From positions 1,536-65,535 of the forward strand of contig CAWJHI010000041.1 of assembly GCA_963842485.1 (NCBI GenBank): 64,000 bases of DNA. Direction: 5' to 3'. Positions 62,334 to 64,000 of the stretch are shown here, piece after piece. A program made the position numbers and the translations under genes. Each line of letters starts with the position of its first letter. Positions within the stretch are counted from its first letter, which is position 1. The notes beneath the pieces were generated by a model. It did no database searches. It was not told the origin of the DNA and saw only the letters and a list, made by a program, of their open reading frames with translations. This DNA is from Terriglobia bacterium (lineage in GTDB: Bacteria; Acidobacteriota; Terriglobia; Bryobacterales; Bryobacteraceae).

Positions 62334-62871
62334 ATGAAGGCCGTCGTGTTTGCGCTGGCGATTTTTTCCGCGGCCTTGCGCGCACAGATTCCCTGCCCCT
62401 GCGATCCGAAGCAGCCCGAAACTCTGAAAGAACGGCCGTGCTCGCTGTGCGCTGAAGTGGAAAAGCAGCCGCTGACCGTGCTGGTAGTCTTCACGAAGGA
62501 CAGCAGCCCCGAGGAAACCGGATCGATGGCTGGCGCTGCCGCGGTCACATTCGCCGGGAATGCATCAAATGGCGGCTCTGTCGGCCGAGGAGCGCGCCGA
62601 ATTGTGGCGCAGCGCGATCGCCAAGGGAAAAGAGTTGTGGGGAGACCACTGGGGCGTGGCCTACAACGCAGAAAAACTGCATACGCAGTGTCACGTGCAC
62701 GTGCACATCGGGAAGCTGATCGACGGCGTCGAGTGGGGCGATTTCAAGATGGTGAACGGACCGGACGAAATTCCGCTGCCCGGAGCCGACGGGCTGTGGA
62801 TCCATCCTGTAGACGGCAAACTGCACGTGCACATCGGCGAACAAGTGACGGAAAATGTGTTGTTGCGATGA
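62334..62871 (+). CDS. exported HIT-like protein (histidine-triad motif); one frame break near 62520
   Basis: Signal MKAVVFALAIFSAALRAQ. The triad is QCHVHVHIGKL, with a second KLHVHIGEQ near the C-terminus. ORFs 62325-63128 (N-terminal part) and 62560-62871 join. Confidence 0.55.
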
Positions 62872-64000
62872 TCACACTGGCGACGTCGGAAAATTCGACG
62901 ATTCAACTTCACTCTACCGATAACGTCGCCATCGCGCGCGTCCCAGTCGGCGAAGGAATGACGGTGCGCGGAGTGCGGACTCGCTCGGCGATTCCGGCGG
63001 GTCATAAGGTCGCACTTGCGGACGATCGCGGCGGGCGACAATATTGTTCGCTACGGCCAGTTCATCGGCCGGGCGAAGATGCGAATCCAAGCGGGAGATC
63101 ACGTCCACACTCACAACGTCGCGTTTGAAGAGCTGACACTCGCGTACGAGTTTCCGATGAGCGGAGATTCCGATCCCGCCGGCATCCGCGGACGCGCCTT
63201 CCTTTCTCGGCTACGCGCGCGCCGACGGACGCGCGGGGACACGAAATTATATCGCCATCGCCGCGGCCAGCAACTGCGCGGCGCACACGGCGCAAGCTGA
63301 TTGCGGATAGCTATCGCGCCGAAACGCTGCCGGAGAACGTGGATGGGGTGGTTGCGTTTCCGCATAGCGAAGGCTGCGGCCACACCATCGGTCCCGATAC
63401 GGTCCAGTTGCAGCGAACGCTGGCCGGAGTGATGGATCATCCAAATGTTTCCTCGGGGCTGATTCTTGGACTGGGATGCGAGGTCAATCAGATCAGTCAT
63501 TACAAGATGATCGGCATGACGCTTACAGTCAAGCGGCGGCACGCGAGCGACGGTCGAGGCTGCGCGGCGCGAAGTGTCGCGGATGATTGAGCGCGCAGCT
63601 TCGGAAAGGCGAACGCGGATGCCGGCCTCGAAGATCGTGCTGGGATTGAATTGCGGCGGGTCGGATTCGTTCTCCGGAATTACGTCAAATCCGGCGCTAG
63701 GCGTTTGCTCCGATCTTCTGGCGCAGGCGGGCGGGTCGGCAGTGCTCGCGGAAACGACGGAAATCTTTGGCGCCGAACATCTGCTGGTCCGGCGGGCTCG
63801 AAATCGCGAGGTGGCTGAGAAGTTATTGGGTTTCGTGAAGGCGTACAAGAAGTATCTGACGGGATTCGGCGGCAGTTTTGACGACAACCCTTCACCGGGG
63901 AACAAGGAAGGCGGGCTCACCAATATTCTTGAAAAATCCCTGGGCGCAGTCGCGAAAGCGGGCACCTCGCCGCTGAACGACGCCGTGGATTATGCCGAGA
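62868..64000 (+). CDS. UxaA-family (altronate/galactarate-type) dehydratase, 3'-partial at window end; at least 3 frame breaks
   Basis: Its ATG overlaps the previous stop (ATGA). SAF-like N-terminus [14 protein letters not shown]...AGHKVAL...[28 protein letters not shown]. Then [58 protein letters not shown]. Confidence 0.7.

Overview
High-GC chromosomal segment; hand-counted 60-nt samples give about 68 % GC in the core and 47-50 % in the first 2.6 kb. Gene content looks like Acidobacteriota: CarboxypepD_reg-type TonB-dependent receptors ending in LRF or LLW, a GWxTD protein, and a DUF4159/DUF4175/BatA/MoxR cluster. This taxon call is inference. I support about 55 protein genes and 2 tRNAs (Ser-GCU, Leu-CAG). 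I saw no rRNA, CRISPR array, transposase, integrase or phage genes.

Technical point: the sequence carries many 1-nt indels that split obviously intact genes into 2-6 ORF pieces. Examples are secA (3 breaks), lipA, lgt, both MoxR genes and the large TonB receptor. I therefore annotate split genes as single CDSs and read the breaks as assembly or sequencing artefacts, not decay. Coordinates of broken genes are outer boundaries only.

Main content:
- Left edge (1-2650): a low-GC block with an unrecognised minus-strand ORF abutting a 5'-truncated TonB receptor fragment, followed by an orphan modA.
- 5.2-10.4 kb: secA, tRNA-Ser, rpsU, trmO, and a promoter-to-terminator unit that looks like an unannotated small RNA or micro-ORF.
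- 10.4-25.3 kb: a 15-kb, ten-gene, translationally coupled MoxR/DUF58/BatA/vWA/DUF4159/DUF4175 operon. It also contains a TPR-HExxH peptidase and a legumain-like protein whose catalytic Cys position is Ala.
- 26.1-28.0 kb: an FAD oxidoreductase plus PhnX phosphonatase pair without phnW.
- 28.1-31.6 kb: a GWxTD protein and an outer-membrane barrel pair.
- 32.2-51.2 kb: polyamine genes (aguA/aguB), queG, an envelope-glycan trio, purC, cvpA, an orphan TadG/TadE trio, DUF1015, lgt, an SPFH protein, a SPOR protein, lipA, lnt, ychF, and a second orphan MoxR.
- 51.3-64.0 kb: a 1370-aa TonB receptor, a roughly 1160-aa fused GltD/NfnB-like plus PyrK/NfnA-like flavoprotein, and a GT39 / FAD-oxidoreductase / exported HIT-like cluster next to uxaA.

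All family assignments come from motif recognition by eye. No searches were run.
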